A stretch of DNA of 64,000 nt, taken from an uncultured Candidatus Binatia bacterium (GTDB lineage Bacteria > Desulfobacterota > Binatia > UBA9968 > JAJDTQ01). The DNA is taken from assembly GCA_965215605.1 (NCBI GenBank), contig OZ244070.1, forward strand, positions 3,648,001 to 3,712,000, in the 5' to 3' direction. Below are positions 39,707 through 50,384 of the stretch, piece by piece. Made by a program: the position numbers and the translations under genes. Under the pieces are notes generated by a model. That model saw nothing but the letters and a program-made list of their open reading frames with translations. It searched no databases and was not told where the DNA came from. Each line of letters opens with the position of its first letter. Position 1 is the first letter of the stretch.

Positions 39707-40504
39707 GTGCCAAGGATGCTTGAAGTTCGAAACCTGCATGCGCGCGTGGAGGGCAAGGAGATTCTCCGCGGCATCGATCTCGCCGTGGGAGCGGGGGAAG
39801 TCCATGCCATCATGGGTCCCAACGGCTCGGGCAAGAGCACGCTGGCCCAGGTGCTGGCGGGCCGCGACACCTACGAGGTGACGGCCGGCGAAGTGCTGTA
39901 CAAGGGGCAGGACCTGCTGGGCATGGCGCCGGAGTTGCGGGCGGTGGAGGGGATCTTCCTCGGTTTCCAGTATCCGGTGGAGATCCCCGGCTTGAACAGC
40001 CTCTATTTCCTGCGGGCCGCGGTCAACGCCGTGCGCGCCCACCGCGGGGAGGAGGAGCTGGACGCGGTGGATTTCATGGCGCTGGCGCAGGAGAAGATGA
40101 AGGCCGTGGAGATGGGGGAGGACCTGCTGCGGCGCCCGGTCAACGCGGGGTTCTCGGGCGGAGAGAAGAAGCGCGCCGAGATCTTCCAGATGACCATGCT
40201 GGAGCCGGCCCTGGCGATCCTGGACGAAACCGATTCCGGCCTGGATATCGACGCCCTCAAGGTGGTGGCCCACGGCATCAACCTCTTCCGTAGCCCGGAA
40301 CGGGCGATCATCCTGGTCACCCATTACCAGCGGCTGCTCGACTACGTGGTGCCGGACTTCGTCCACGTGATCCAGAACGGACGGCTGGTGAAGTCCGGCG
40401 GCAAGGATCTCGCACGGCAACTGGAGGACAGCGGCTACTCCTGGGTGGAGGAGGCCGCGGCGGGAGAAGGCTCCGACCTGGCGGGCGGAGGTCCCGCGGC
40501 ATGA
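39707..40504 (+). CDS. sufC: Fe-S cluster assembly ATPase SufC
   Basis: GPNGSGKST, FQYPVEIPG, GFSGGEKKR, LDETDSGLDID, THYQRLL motifs. Confidence 0.98.
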   Translation: MPRMLEVRNLHARVEGKEILRGIDLAVGAGEVHAIMGPNGSGKSTLAQVLAGRDTYEVTAGEVLYKGQDLLGMAPELRAVEGIFLGFQYPVEIPGLNSLYFLRAAVNAVRAHRGEEELDAVDFMALAQEKMKAVEMGEDLLRRPVNAGFSGGEKKRAEIFQMTMLEPALAILDETDSGLDIDALKVVAHGINLFRSPERAIILVTHYQRLLDYVVPDFVHVIQNGRLVKSGGKDLARQLEDSGYSWVEEAAAGEGSDLAGGGPAA

Positions 40505-41808
40505 TGGAAAGGGGCGCGGAGCAGCAGGGCTACCTCGAGGATTTCGAGAAGCTCACGGCACGGGTGCCGTCGAACGGAGGCGCGTGGCTTGCCGATTTGC
40601 GCGGCCGTGCGATGAATCGCTTTCGTTCGCTGGGTTTCCCGACCACGCGGGACGAAGAGTGGAAGTACACGAGCGTCGACGCAGTCCGGAAAGCCGCCCT
40701 GCGCATCACGGACCCTCCGGTCCGGGGCGCGGGCCGGAGCGCCGACGCCTTCAGGGCGGACGGCTGGGACCGCTACGAGTTGGCCTTCCCGGACGCCGGC
40801 AACGGCGGCGGCGTTGCCCGGGGTGACGGCGTCTTCATCGGCCGCCTGGCCGAGGCCATGGAGGCGCGCCTGCCGTGGGTCGAGTCCCACCTGGGACGCC
40901 ACGCCGACTACCAGGAGCATGCGTTCCGGGCCTTGAACACCGCCTTCATGGAAGACGGCGCGGCCGTCAGGCTGGAACCGGGCCGGACCCTGGAGAAGGC
41001 CGTCCATGTGACTTTCACGGCCCCTTCGGGAGAGGCGCGGAACCGCATCGCGCACCCGCGGACGCTGGTGGTGGTGGGCGCCGGCGGCCGTCTCACGCTG
41101 GTGGAAACCTACGCCGGATCGGGCACGGACACCTGCTGCGCCAACGCCGTTACCGAGATCGTGCTGGAGGAAAACGCCGTCCTGGACCACTACCGGCTGC
41201 TGCGGCAGGGCGAGAAGGCGTTCCACGTCGGCACGGTGCAGGTACACCAGGCGCGGAACAGCCGTTACCGGTCCCATTCGGTCACTTCGGGCGGCGCCAT
41301 CACCCGCGTCGAGATCAACGCCCGGCTCGACGGCGAGGGTGCCGATTGCCAGCTCCAGGGGCTCTACGTGGCCGGAGGGCGGCAGCACGTGGACAGCCGC
41401 ACCGTCATCGAGCACGCGAAGCCCCACGGCACCAGTCGGGAACTCTACAAGGGCGTATTGAACGACCGGGCGCGGGCGGTTTTCAACGGCAAGATCGTGG
41501 TGCACGAGGAGGCCCAGAAGACCGACGCCCGCCAGTCCAACAAGAACCTGATCCTGTCACGGGACGCGGAAATCGACAGCAAGCCGCAACTGGAGATCCT
41601 TGCGGACGATGTCCGCTGCTCCCACGGCACCACCATCGGACAGCTCGAGGAGGACGAGTTGTTCTACCTGCGGTCGCGGGGGCTGGACCAGGCGGCGGCC
41701 AGGAAGCTGCTGGTTCACGGGTTCGCCAGCGAGATTCTCGACGGTATCGCCATCGAGCTGCTCAAGGACGGGTTGACCGCCCAGGTGTTCTCCGAGCTGG
41801 AGGCCTGA
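40501..41808 (+). CDS. sufD: Fe-S cluster assembly protein SufD
   Basis: FPTTRDEEWKYT, FNGKI.V...AQKTDA.Q, KPQLEI.ADDV.CSHG, FYLRSRG motifs. Confidence 0.96.
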   Translation: MMERGAEQQGYLEDFEKLTARVPSNGGAWLADLRGRAMNRFRSLGFPTTRDEEWKYTSVDAVRKAALRITDPPVRGAGRSADAFRADGWDRYELAFPDAGNGGGVARGDGVFIGRLAEAMEARLPWVESHLGRHADYQEHAFRALNTAFMEDGAAVRLEPGRTLEKAVHVTFTAPSGEARNRIAHPRTLVVVGAGGRLTLVETYAGSGTDTCCANAVTEIVLEENAVLDHYRLLRQGEKAFHVGTVQVHQARNSRYRSHSVTSGGAITRVEINARLDGEGADCQLQGLYVAGGRQHVDSRTVIEHAKPHGTSRELYKGVLNDRARAVFNGKIVVHEEAQKTDARQSNKNLILSRDAEIDSKPQLEILADDVRCSHGTTIGQLEEDELFYLRSRGLDQAAARKLLVHGFASEILDGIAIELLKDGLTAQVFSELEA

Positions 41809-41827
41809 GCGGCCCGCGTGATTGCCC

Positions 41828-43096
41828 ATGAAACAGCAGATCAAGACGGCGGAGTGGAAAAGCGCGGACGACTCGTTCGACGTGGCCCGCGTGCGGGAAG
41901 ATTTCCCGATCCTGGGCGAAACCGTTCACGGAAAACCCCTGGTCTATCTGGACAATGCCGCCACCGCCCAGAAGCCCCGGGCGGTGATCCAGCGGCTCGC
42001 GCGGTACTACGAAACGGAAAATTCCAACATCCATCGGGGCGTGCACCGCCTGAGCGAGATCGCCACGCGCGCCTATGAGGATACCAGGTCCACCGTCAGG
42101 GGATTTCTCAACGCCGCCGAGGAGCGGGAGATCGTGTTCGTGCGGGGCACCACCGAGGCCATCAATCTCGTGGCCCGCTGTTACGGCGGGAGCCGTCTAC
42201 GACCCGGGGACGAGGTCGTCATCTCGGCCATGGAACACCACTCCAACATCGTCCCCTGGCAGCTCATCTGCGAGGAGAAGGGCGCCACGCTGCGGGTCAT
42301 CCCGGTGGATGATGACGGCGACATCGTCATGGAAGAGTACCGCCGGATGTTGAGCGACAAGACCCGCATGGTGGCCTTGCCCCACGTCTCCAATGCGCTG
42401 GGCACCGTGAACCCCATCAAGGAGATGATCGCGGCGGCCCACGCGGCCGGCGCTCCGGTGCTTGTCGACGGAGCCCAGGGTGCCCCCCACGCCAACGTGG
42501 ACGTCCGGGACCTCGATTGCGATTTCTACGCTTTTTCCAGCCACAAGCTCTACGGCCCCACCGGCATCGGCGTGCTGTACGGCAAGGCCGCTCTGTTGGA
42601 GGACATGCCTCCCTACCAGGGCGGCGGCGACATGATCCTGTCAGTCAGCTTCGAGCATACCGAATACAACGCACTGCCTTACAAGTTCGAGGCCGGAACT
42701 CCTCACATCGCCGGGGTCATCGGTCTGGGGGCGGCGGTGGAATATCTTGCGCACCTGGGCGTGGAGGCGGTGGCCGCGCACGAGGACCGGGTGGCCGCCT
42801 ATGCCGTGGAGCGCTTGCAGAGCGTTCCCGGCGTGCGGCTGGTGGGAACGCCGGCACGCCGGGCGTCGCTGGTTTCGTTCGTTCTCGGCGAGGTGCACGC
42901 CCACGACGTCGGCACCATCCTGGATCAGGAGGGGGTCGCGGTGAGGACGGGGCATCACTGCGCCATGCCGGTAATGGATCGGTTCGGCGTCCCCGCCACC
43001 GTGCGCGCGTCCTTCGCCTGCTACAACACCGAGGCCGAGGTGGACGCCCTCGTGGAAGGGCTGGAGAAGGTACGGAGGATATTCGCCCGTGTCTGA
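41828..43096 (+). CDS. sufS: Cysteine desulfurase SufS
   Basis: YLDNAAT.QKP, EHHSN, DGAQ, SSHK, RTGHHCA motifs. Confidence 0.97.
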   Translation: MKQQIKTAEWKSADDSFDVARVREDFPILGETVHGKPLVYLDNAATAQKPRAVIQRLARYYETENSNIHRGVHRLSEIATRAYEDTRSTVRGFLNAAEEREIVFVRGTTEAINLVARCYGGSRLRPGDEVVISAMEHHSNIVPWQLICEEKGATLRVIPVDDDGDIVMEEYRRMLSDKTRMVALPHVSNALGTVNPIKEMIAAAHAAGAPVLVDGAQGAPHANVDVRDLDCDFYAFSSHKLYGPTGIGVLYGKAALLEDMPPYQGGGDMILSVSFEHTEYNALPYKFEAGTPHIAGVIGLGAAVEYLAHLGVEAVAAHEDRVAAYAVERLQSVPGVRLVGTPARRASLVSFVLGEVHAHDVGTILDQEGVAVRTGHHCAMPVMDRFGVPATVRASFACYNTEAEVDALVEGLEKVRRIFARV

Positions 43097-43541
43097 TCTC
43101 ACGGATCTTTACCAGGAGCTGATTCTGGACCATAACCGCCGGCCCCGCAATTTCGGGTCGCTGACGGAGGCCAATCGAAGCGCAAAGGGGGTCAACCCCC
43201 TTTGCGGCGACAAGGTTGCCGTTCATCTGCGCGTGGAAGACGAAGAAGTGAAGGAGATCCGCTTCGAAGGCACGGGTTGCGCCATTTCCATCGCCTCGGC
43301 GTCGGTCATGACCGAAAGCCTGAAGCGGCGGACCTGCAGCGACGCCAGGGATCTCTTCGAGCGTTTTCATCGGATGGTGGCGGTTGATGACGGCCCGGCG
43401 TCGCGTCCCCCGGAAATGGGCAAGCTGGCGGCGTTCGCGGGGGTGCGGGACTATCCGGCCCGCGTCAAGTGCGCTACGCTGGCGTGGCACACGTTGCGCG
43501 CGGCCTTGGATGGTGACGCAAAGGCCATAAGCACCGAATAG
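43089..43541 (+). CDS. sufU: SufU (NifU-like) sulfur-transfer protein
   Basis: LYQELILDH, NPLCGD, GCAIS.AS, RVKCATL motifs. Confidence 0.95.
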   Translation: MSDLTDLYQELILDHNRRPRNFGSLTEANRSAKGVNPLCGDKVAVHLRVEDEEVKEIRFEGTGCAISIASASVMTESLKRRTCSDARDLFERFHRMVAVDDGPASRPPEMGKLAAFAGVRDYPARVKCATLAWHTLRAALDGDAKAISTE

Positions 43542-43558
43542 CGGGAGCGAGGCTTCAA

Positions 43559-43882
43559 GTGGAAACGGTCGCGGACCAGAAAGACATGGAAGGGCGGGTG
43601 ATCGAGGCGTTGCAGACATGCTACGATCCCGAGGTTCCCGTCAACATCTATGAAATGGGGTTGATCTATGGCGTGGAGGTGGACCCCCTCGGCAACGTGA
43701 CCGTCTCCATGACCCTCACCGCACCCAACTGCCCCGCCGCCCAATCGCTTCCCATGGAGGTGGAGGAGAAGGCCCGGTCCGTGGACGGCGTCAAGGACGT
43801 CCACGTGGAGATCGTCTGGGAGCCCCCCTGGGACCCCAGCCGCATGTCGGACGCCGCCAAGCTGCAGCTCGGCATGCTGTGA
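43559..43882 (+). CDS. sufT: DUF59/SufT Fe-S assembly protein
   Basis: DPEVPVNIYEMGLIY, MTLTAPNCP, WEPPW motifs. Confidence 0.93.
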   Translation: METVADQKDMEGRVIEALQTCYDPEVPVNIYEMGLIYGVEVDPLGNVTVSMTLTAPNCPAAQSLPMEVEEKARSVDGVKDVHVEIVWEPPWDPSRMSDAAKLQLGML

Positions 43883-43908
43883 CACCGCAAAACCCGCCTC
43901 GCATCACG

Positions 43909-45390
43909 ATGGACGAAGTCAACGAGCACGAGCAGATAAAGGTGCGCCGGGACAAGCTGGCGCAGTTGGGGCCGGACCGCCGCCTGGCTTTCCGCAATGA
44001 CTTTCGTCCCAGTCATACCGTCCAGGCCATTCGTAACCGCTACGGCGGTCTCGATCCGCAGGAGTTGGAAGCCTTGTCGGACGAGTTCGCGCTGGCGGGC
44101 CGGATAAGAGCCCTCCGTCCGCACGGCAAAGCCGCGTTCTTCGAGATCGAGGACGCGACCGGGCGGCTGCAGGTCTACGCGCGCAAGGACGGGCTGGGGG
44201 ACGAAGCCTATGAACGGATACGTTCCCTGGACGTGGGCGACATCGCGGGAGTGCGCGGCCGTCTCTTCCGGACCCGCACCAACGAGCTTACGATCCAGGC
44301 CGGAGCAGCGACGCTGCTGACCAAGTGTATCCGGCCCCTGCCCGAGAAGTGGCACGGTCTCAAGGACGTGGAGACCCGCTACCGTCAGCGGTACGTGGAC
44401 CTGATGGTCAATCCCGAGGTCCGTGAGGTGTTCCGCAACCGCTCCCGGATCATCGGACTCGTGCGCGACTTCCTGCAGCAGCGGGGTTTTCTCGAAGTCG
44501 AGACTCCGATGATGCAGCCCATGGCGGGCGGCGCCGCGGCCAGGCCTTTCGTGACGCACCACAACGCCCTGGACCTGGACCTCTACCTGCGGGTAGCGCC
44601 GGAGCTGTTTCTCAAACGGCTGTTGGTGGGCGGCTTCGATCGCGTATTCGAGCTGAATCGCAACTTTCGCAACGAAGGCCTTTCCACCCGGCACAATCCC
44701 GAGTTCACCATGCTCGAGCTCTATCAGGCCTACGCTGACTACGAGGACATGATGCGGCTTACCGAGGAGCTCTTCGTGATGCTCGCGGAAGAGGTTTGCG
44801 GTGGTCTGCGCATCCCTTGCGGCGACCAGGAGGTGAGCCTGGAGCCGCCGTGGCAGCGGCTTTCCCTGACCGGGGGCGTGGCCCGGCACGCCGGCGTGGA
44901 GGAGTCGGAGCTGGAAACGCTGCAGGGTCTGCGAGCGGTCGCCGACAAGCTCGGGCTCAAGCTCGATCCCAAGCTGGACCGCGGCAAGCTCCTGGTGGAG
45001 CTTTTCGAGCATTTGGTGGAGCCCCGGCTGATCCAGCCCACTTTCGTCGTGGGTTATCCCCTGGAGGTCTCTCCGCTGGCCCGCCGGAACGACGACGACC
45101 CCCGGTTCGTCGATCGTTTCGAGCTATTCATCGGCGGAAGGGAGCTGGCCAACGCATTTTCCGAGCTGAACGACCCCGACGACCAGCGCCGGCGGTTCGA
45201 GGAGCAGGCCGCGGCCCGGCGCGCCGGAGACGATACCGCCAGCGAGGTGGACGAGGATTATGTCCGGGCGCTGGAATACGCCATGCCTCCGGCAGCGGGG
45301 GAAGGCATCGGGATCGATCGGCTGGTGATGCTGTTGACGGACTCGCCCTCGATCCGGGACGTCATCCTGTTTCCGCTCCTGCGTTCCTGA
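43909..45390 (+). CDS. lysS: Lysyl-tRNA synthetase class II
   Basis: OB-fold N-terminus, LPEKWHGL, RYRQRYVDL, GGAAARPF.THHN, FRNEG, GIGIDRL motifs. Confidence 0.98.
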   Translation: MDEVNEHEQIKVRRDKLAQLGPDRRLAFRNDFRPSHTVQAIRNRYGGLDPQELEALSDEFALAGRIRALRPHGKAAFFEIEDATGRLQVYARKDGLGDEAYERIRSLDVGDIAGVRGRLFRTRTNELTIQAGAATLLTKCIRPLPEKWHGLKDVETRYRQRYVDLMVNPEVREVFRNRSRIIGLVRDFLQQRGFLEVETPMMQPMAGGAAARPFVTHHNALDLDLYLRVAPELFLKRLLVGGFDRVFELNRNFRNEGLSTRHNPEFTMLELYQAYADYEDMMRLTEELFVMLAEEVCGGLRIPCGDQEVSLEPPWQRLSLTGGVARHAGVEESELETLQGLRAVADKLGLKLDPKLDRGKLLVELFEHLVEPRLIQPTFVVGYPLEVSPLARRNDDDPRFVDRFELFIGGRELANAFSELNDPDDQRRRFEEQAAARRAGDDTASEVDEDYVRALEYAMPPAAGEGIGIDRLVMLLTDSPSIRDVILFPLLRS

Positions 45391-45392
45391 CA

Positions 45393-46637
45393 ATGCGTTA
45401 CGAGTTGTTCGTAGGGTTGCGCTATCTCCGGGCCCGACGCAGCGAACGGTTCATCTCCCTGCTCACCCTGATCTCGATCCTCGGGGTCATGATCGCCGTG
45501 GTCACCCTGAACGTGGCCATCGCGGTGATGACCGGATTCGAGGAGGTCTTTCGGGATCGCCTTCTCAGCCTGAATGCCCACGTCGTGCTGGTCGAGCCGG
45601 CAAGCTACCTGACCGGGTACGACGAGCTTGCCAGGCGCCTGGAAGAACGGGACGACGTGACCGCGGCGGCGCCGGCGCTGACCGGCCAGATCATTCTGAC
45701 GTCCGGTCGCCGGGTGTCCGGCGCCGTGGTGCGTGGCATCGACCCGGACCGCGCGCCCGAGGACCTGGAACAATTCCTGCAGCAGGGGCGGCTGGGCGAT
45801 CTGAAGAAGCGCACGCCGGCGGTGGTGGACGGCCGGAACCTCCTCCTTCCGGGCATCATCATCGGCGACCGGCTCGCGACCCGTCTCGGAGTAGGTCAGG
45901 GCGACGCGCTCCAGGCGGTTTCACCCATCGGCAGCCCCACCGCGGTGGGGATCGTTCCGCGGATCAGGCGCTTTGGCGTCGTCGGCATCTTCGACTCGGG
46001 CATGCGCGAATATGACAGCGGTCTCGTCTTTCTGAACCTCCCCGATGCCCAAGGGTTCTTCGGAGTCGGAAAGGTCGCCACCAGCATCGAGATCGCGGTC
46101 GGCGAGGTCGCCGAGGCCCCTGGCATTGCCGCGGAGATTCAGGGCGCGGTGGGCCGGAAATACCTGGTGGAGGATTGGACGCGTCTGTGGCCCAATCTGT
46201 TCGCGGCATTGCGGCTGGAGAAGACCGTGTATTTCCTGGTGTTGTTGCTGATGGTGCTGATCGCGGCATTCAATATCGTCTCGACCCTGATCATGGTGGT
46301 CATGGAAAAGCGCAAGGACATCGCGGTGCTGCGCTCCATGGGCGCGTCCCGCGGCAGCATCCGGCTGATCTTCCTCCTGAAGGGCTGGGTGATCGGCGCC
46401 ATCGGGACGCTGTCCGGCGTGGTCCTGGGCTACGTCCTGGCCCTGTTGTTGCAACGTTACCAATTCATCGAGTTGCCCGAGGACGTCTTTCCCGTCTCCA
46501 CCGTCCCGGTCAGCATCTCGCCGCTTTATTTCGGTCTGGTGGCGCTGGCTTCCTTTGCCATCTGTGTCCTCGCCAGCGTCTATCCGGCGAGACAGGCGAC
46601 CAGGCTGGATCCGGTGGACGTCATCCGGTACGAGTAG
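45393..46637 (+). CDS. lolE: Lipoprotein-releasing ABC transporter permease (LolC/E family)
   Basis: RYLRA, VMTGF, IAAFNIVSTL.M.V.EK..DIA.LR.MGA, YPA..A motifs. Confidence 0.9.
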   Translation: MRYELFVGLRYLRARRSERFISLLTLISILGVMIAVVTLNVAIAVMTGFEEVFRDRLLSLNAHVVLVEPASYLTGYDELARRLEERDDVTAAAPALTGQIILTSGRRVSGAVVRGIDPDRAPEDLEQFLQQGRLGDLKKRTPAVVDGRNLLLPGIIIGDRLATRLGVGQGDALQAVSPIGSPTAVGIVPRIRRFGVVGIFDSGMREYDSGLVFLNLPDAQGFFGVGKVATSIEIAVGEVAEAPGIAAEIQGAVGRKYLVEDWTRLWPNLFAALRLEKTVYFLVLLLMVLIAAFNIVSTLIMVVMEKRKDIAVLRSMGASRGSIRLIFLLKGWVIGAIGTLSGVVLGYVLALLLQRYQFIELPEDVFPVSTVPVSISPLYFGLVALASFAICVLASVYPARQATRLDPVDVIRYE

Positions 46638-46643
46638 CGGCGC

Positions 46644-47327
46644 ATGTCGATGCTGGTGGAGATATCCGGACTGAGCAAGTGCTTCGCGGGCGGCGACCGG
46701 CGAGTGGACGTTCTGGCGGATCTGGAGCTGTCGTTGGGGCGTGGCGAGCGGCTGGCGATTACCGGTGAATCGGGAGTCGGCAAGAGCACCCTTCTGTACA
46801 TCATAGGGACCCTGGAGCGTCCCGACCGGGGAACGTTGCGCTACGAGGGACACGATGTCACCGGCTGGAACGATGACGAGCTTTCGCGTTTCCGCAACCG
46901 GACCATCGGCTTCATCTTCCAGTTCCATCACCTGTTGCCTGATTTCAACGCGCTCGAGAACGTCATGATGCCCGCGCTCATCGCACGATGGGACCAGGCC
47001 CGGGCGCGGAGGGCCGCCGGCGACCTGCTGGAGGCCGTAGGCCTCGTGGAGCGGTTCGGACACCGGCCGGGTGAGTTGTCGGGCGGGGAACAACAACGGG
47101 TGGCCATCGCGCGTTCCCTGATTCTCGAGCCGGTGCTCATGCTGGCCGACGAACCCACCGGGAATCTCGATCCGGTAACCGCGGGCGAGATAGAGGATCT
47201 CCTGTGCGAGCTGAACGAGACGCGCGGACTCGCCCTCGTCGTGACCACTCACAACCGCCACTTGGCCCGGCGAATGAACCGGCAAATGGAGTTGCGCGAT
47301 GGCTGCTTGTTCCCGTCGACGGGTTGA
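46644..47327 (+). CDS. lolD: Lipoprotein-releasing ABC transporter ATPase
   Basis: [41 protein letters not shown] motifs. Confidence 0.93.
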   Translation: MSMLVEISGLSKCFAGGDRRVDVLADLELSLGRGERLAITGESGVGKSTLLYIIGTLERPDRGTLRYEGHDVTGWNDDELSRFRNRTIGFIFQFHHLLPDFNALENVMMPALIARWDQARARRAAGDLLEAVGLVERFGHRPGELSGGEQQRVAIARSLILEPVLMLADEPTGNLDPVTAGEIEDLLCELNETRGLALVVTTHNRHLARRMNRQMELRDGCLFPSTG

Positions 47328-47399
47328 GCAAACCATCGGAGCGGAAGCGCGGAACAGGCCTCCCCATCCGCGGCTGATGCTTTACAACGGCGCGGGAAC

Positions 47400-49817
47400 T
47401 TGTTAGCACGAAACAAGAAACTCAAGTCTTTTCCGTATATTGAACCAGTGCTTGTAAACAACCGGAAAATTGCGGCGGTTCTGCTGGCCGCCGCGTGGTG
47501 GCTTGGGGGATGGCACGGTATCTTTGCCGCCGCTTCCGTCGTCAACGAAGTCCGCGTCCAGGGGCACCTCCGAATCGAGGAGGATGCCATCCGGCTCGGC
47601 ATTCAGGTTCAGGAGGGACAACCTTTCGACCCGGAGGCCGTGGACCGGGATGTCAAGGCGATCTACCGGATGGGTTTCTTCGATGACGTGACCGTCGAGT
47701 TCTCCTCGGACGGAGTCCTCACCTATACGGTTGCGGAACGGCCCTACGTCAAGGAGGTGGAGATCCTCGGCAACGACCAGGTGTCGACGGAGGACATCGA
47801 GGCGGCCCTGGGAATGAGGCCACGAACGGCTCTGGATACGGGGCGGCTCCAGGAAGGACTCCAGAGGGTTCTGAGGCTCTATAGCGAGGCCGGACATGTC
47901 AACACGCGGGTGGACTACACGCTGACGCCCGAGGAGAACAATCAGACCATCATTACACTGGCGATCATCGAGGGCGAGACGCTCCTGATCAAGAAGATCA
48001 CCTTCGAGGGGAACAGGGCGTTTACCGAGGACGAGCTCAAGGACGTCATGCAGACCAAGGAGGATTGGATCATCCCGTTCACCAGCCGAGGCCGGCTGGA
48101 TCCGGATGTCCTGACCAACGACATCGCCCTGTTGGCCGCCCTTTACTACGACAACGGCTACATCGACCACAGGATCGACGAGCCCATCGTCCTGACCCGC
48201 GGCAGCGGGCTGGAGGTCGTCATCCGCGTACAAGAAGGTGAGCGTTATCGGGTGGGCGTGGTACAGGTGGGCGGGGAACTCGTGGGCGATCCGGAACGCT
48301 TGCTCGAGCGCCTCAGCATGACGTCCGGGCAGATCTTTCGCGGCAGCCGGGTGCGCAACGACCTGACCGCGCTGCGGCAGCGGTACGCCGACCGGGGATA
48401 CGCCTTCGCGGACATCGCCCCGGTTACCGACGCGAAACCCGCCGACCGCCTGGTGGACGTGACCTTCATGATCAAACGGGGACCGTTGGTCTACTTCGAT
48501 CAGGTGAAGATCGCGGGAAACGTCAAGACCCGGGACAAGGTGATTCGCCGCGAGATGGAGTTCGCGGAGAAGGAGAGGTATTCCTCGAGGAAGATCGTCC
48601 AGAGCCGGAACGCTCTGCTGCGGACCGGCTTCTTCAAGGACGTGACCGTGGAGACCGAGAAGACCGACAGGGAGGATGCGGTCGATCTCTCGGTCAACGT
48701 GGAAGAGGCCCCCACGGGGTCCTTCAGCGTAGGCGCGGGATACAGCACCGCAACGGGGGTCTCCTTTCAGACGTCCCTCGAGGAACGAAACCTGTTCGGA
48801 ACCGGGAGAGGCGCATCCGTGGACCTGTCGTTGAGCGACGCGGATCAGGAGCTCGTTCTCGGCCTGGTGGAACCGAGGGTGTTCGACAGCCGCGTGGACC
48901 TGGAGCTGGACATCTTCCACAGCACCTCCGATTTCAGTACCTGGGACAGCCGGCAAAGCGGTTTCGCCACCCATGTCAGCGCTCCCCTTCGTTACCTGAA
49001 CCTGCCTTTCGTCGGGCGGCGCATAGACAGTCAACGCCAGGAAGAGATCGACGACAACCCCCGGTTTTCGATTCTCGACCATCTTCACGGAGGCATTGGA
49101 TACACCCTGTCCCGCAACAGGATTACCAATGTCCTGTCCACGGCTCCATTGAGCATCGAACCCGGGACTACCATCACCAGCGCCGTTACGCCGAGGCTCT
49201 CGTACGACACGCGCAATCATTTCTTCGTGCCCACCGAGGGAACGCGTTCGGTGATTTCGGCAAAACTCGCGGGACTTGGCGGAGACAACAAGTTCATGCG
49301 CAGCGATGTCGTCATGACGCGGTATTTCCCAGTGTTCAAGGATTACGAGTGGGGCAGGAAGATAGCCCTCGCTGTCGGGGCCCGGGTCGGTTACGCGGCG
49401 TCCTGGACGCGCAGGGAACTGCCGCTTTTCGAACGTTACTACGCGGGCGGAATCGGTTCGGTGCGAGGGTTCGAATATCGCTCGCTGGGGCCGCTGGAAT
49501 GCCCCAGAAACACGCCGAACTGCGTGAACCCATTCAACATCGGGGGCAACAAGCAGCTCCTTGCGAAGGCGGAACTCTATTTCCCCATCCTTGACGAATT
49601 GGGTCTCAGGGGCTCGCTGTTCTTCGATCAAGGGCAGGCGTTCGGAACGTCGCAGAACATCGACATCAAGGCGCTCAAGCGGTCGGTGGGCCTGGGCACC
49701 CAGTGGCTGTCGCCCATCGGTCCAATCAGACTGAGTTGGGCAGTCCCCCTCAACGCGAAGCCGGTGGATGAGAAAGAGGTTCTGGGTTTCACCATCGGTA
49801 GGACAGGGGACCTGTAG
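47400..49817 (+). CDS. bamA: Outer-membrane protein assembly factor BamA
   Basis: POTRA repeats, GNVKTRDKVIRRE, ERNLFGTG, YDTRN, VRGF, SPIGP motifs; the start may lie slightly downstream. Confidence 0.95.
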   Translation: MLARNKKLKSFPYIEPVLVNNRKIAAVLLAAAWWLGGWHGIFAAASVVNEVRVQGHLRIEEDAIRLGIQVQEGQPFDPEAVDRDVKAIYRMGFFDDVTVEFSSDGVLTYTVAERPYVKEVEILGNDQVSTEDIEAALGMRPRTALDTGRLQEGLQRVLRLYSEAGHVNTRVDYTLTPEENNQTIITLAIIEGETLLIKKITFEGNRAFTEDELKDVMQTKEDWIIPFTSRGRLDPDVLTNDIALLAALYYDNGYIDHRIDEPIVLTRGSGLEVVIRVQEGERYRVGVVQVGGELVGDPERLLERLSMTSGQIFRGSRVRNDLTALRQRYADRGYAFADIAPVTDAKPADRLVDVTFMIKRGPLVYFDQVKIAGNVKTRDKVIRREMEFAEKERYSSRKIVQSRNALLRTGFFKDVTVETEKTDREDAVDLSVNVEEAPTGSFSVGAGYSTATGVSFQTSLEERNLFGTGRGASVDLSLSDADQELVLGLVEPRVFDSRVDLELDIFHSTSDFSTWDSRQSGFATHVSAPLRYLNLPFVGRRIDSQRQEEIDDNPRFSILDHLHGGIGYTLSRNRITNVLSTAPLSIEPGTTITSAVTPRLSYDTRNHFFVPTEGTRSVISAKLAGLGGDNKFMRSDVVMTRYFPVFKDYEWGRKIALAVGARVGYAASWTRRELPLFERYYAGGIGSVRGFEYRSLGPLECPRNTPNCVNPFNIGGNKQLLAKAELYFPILDELGLRGSLFFDQGQAFGTSQNIDIKALKRSVGLGTQWLSPIGPIRLSWAVPLNAKPVDEKEVLGFTIGRTGDL

Positions 49818-49850
49818 GCAACGCGTGAGACGGGAATTCCTTTGGAGGTT

Positions 49851-50384
49851 ATGGTGATCCGAATATTGATGGTTGTTCTGCTGGCAATGACGGCGGGGTC
49901 CGCATGGGGGCAGGAGCTCAAGGTCGGCTTCGTCAACGTCCAAACGGCAATCAGCCAGTCGAAGCGCGGAGAAATGGCCCGGGAGAGCTTCCGGAGCGCT
50001 CTCAAGGACAGACAGGAGGCGCTGCTGCAGGAAAAGCAGGCCATCGAGAAAGAGCGCAGGCAACTGGACAAGCAGGCGGTTCTGATGAAGGAGAATGAAC
50101 GGACGAGAGTCCGTCGCCGCTTGCAGTTGCGCATGAGGGACTACGAGCGGAGGACCAGGGACGTTCAGGAAGAACTCGCTCTCAAAGAGCGGGAAATGAC
50201 CGACGAGATCCTCAAGGACCTTCAGAAGGTCATCGTCGAGGTAGGCAAGACGGGCAAGTTCACGATGATCCTCGAACGGAGCCAACTGCTTTACACGGAC
50301 AAGGGAACGGACATCACCGACGACGTGATCAAGCTTTACAACCAGCGCTTCCAGAACAGCACCACCGGCGACAAGAAAAAGTGA
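49851..50384 (+). CDS. skp: Periplasmic chaperone Skp/OmpH
   Basis: Signal peptide, KVGFVNVQ, coiled coil, DITDDVIK; lies between bamA and lpxD. Confidence 0.92.
   Translation: MVIRILMVVLLAMTAGSAWGQELKVGFVNVQTAISQSKRGEMARESFRSALKDRQEALLQEKQAIEKERRQLDKQAVLMKENERTRVRRRLQLRMRDYERRTRDVQEELALKEREMTDEILKDLQKVIVEVGKTGKFTMILERSQLLYTDKGTDITDDVIKLYNQRFQNSTTGDKKK

Noticed and set aside
43909-45390. lysS as the EF-P ligase EpmA
   Set aside because: It is full length with an anticodon-binding OB domain, so it is a true LysRS.
47395-47430. SigmaE-type promoter upstream of bamA
   Set aside because: GGAACTT is present but no TCAAA/TCTAA-like -10 box at about 16 nt spacing.
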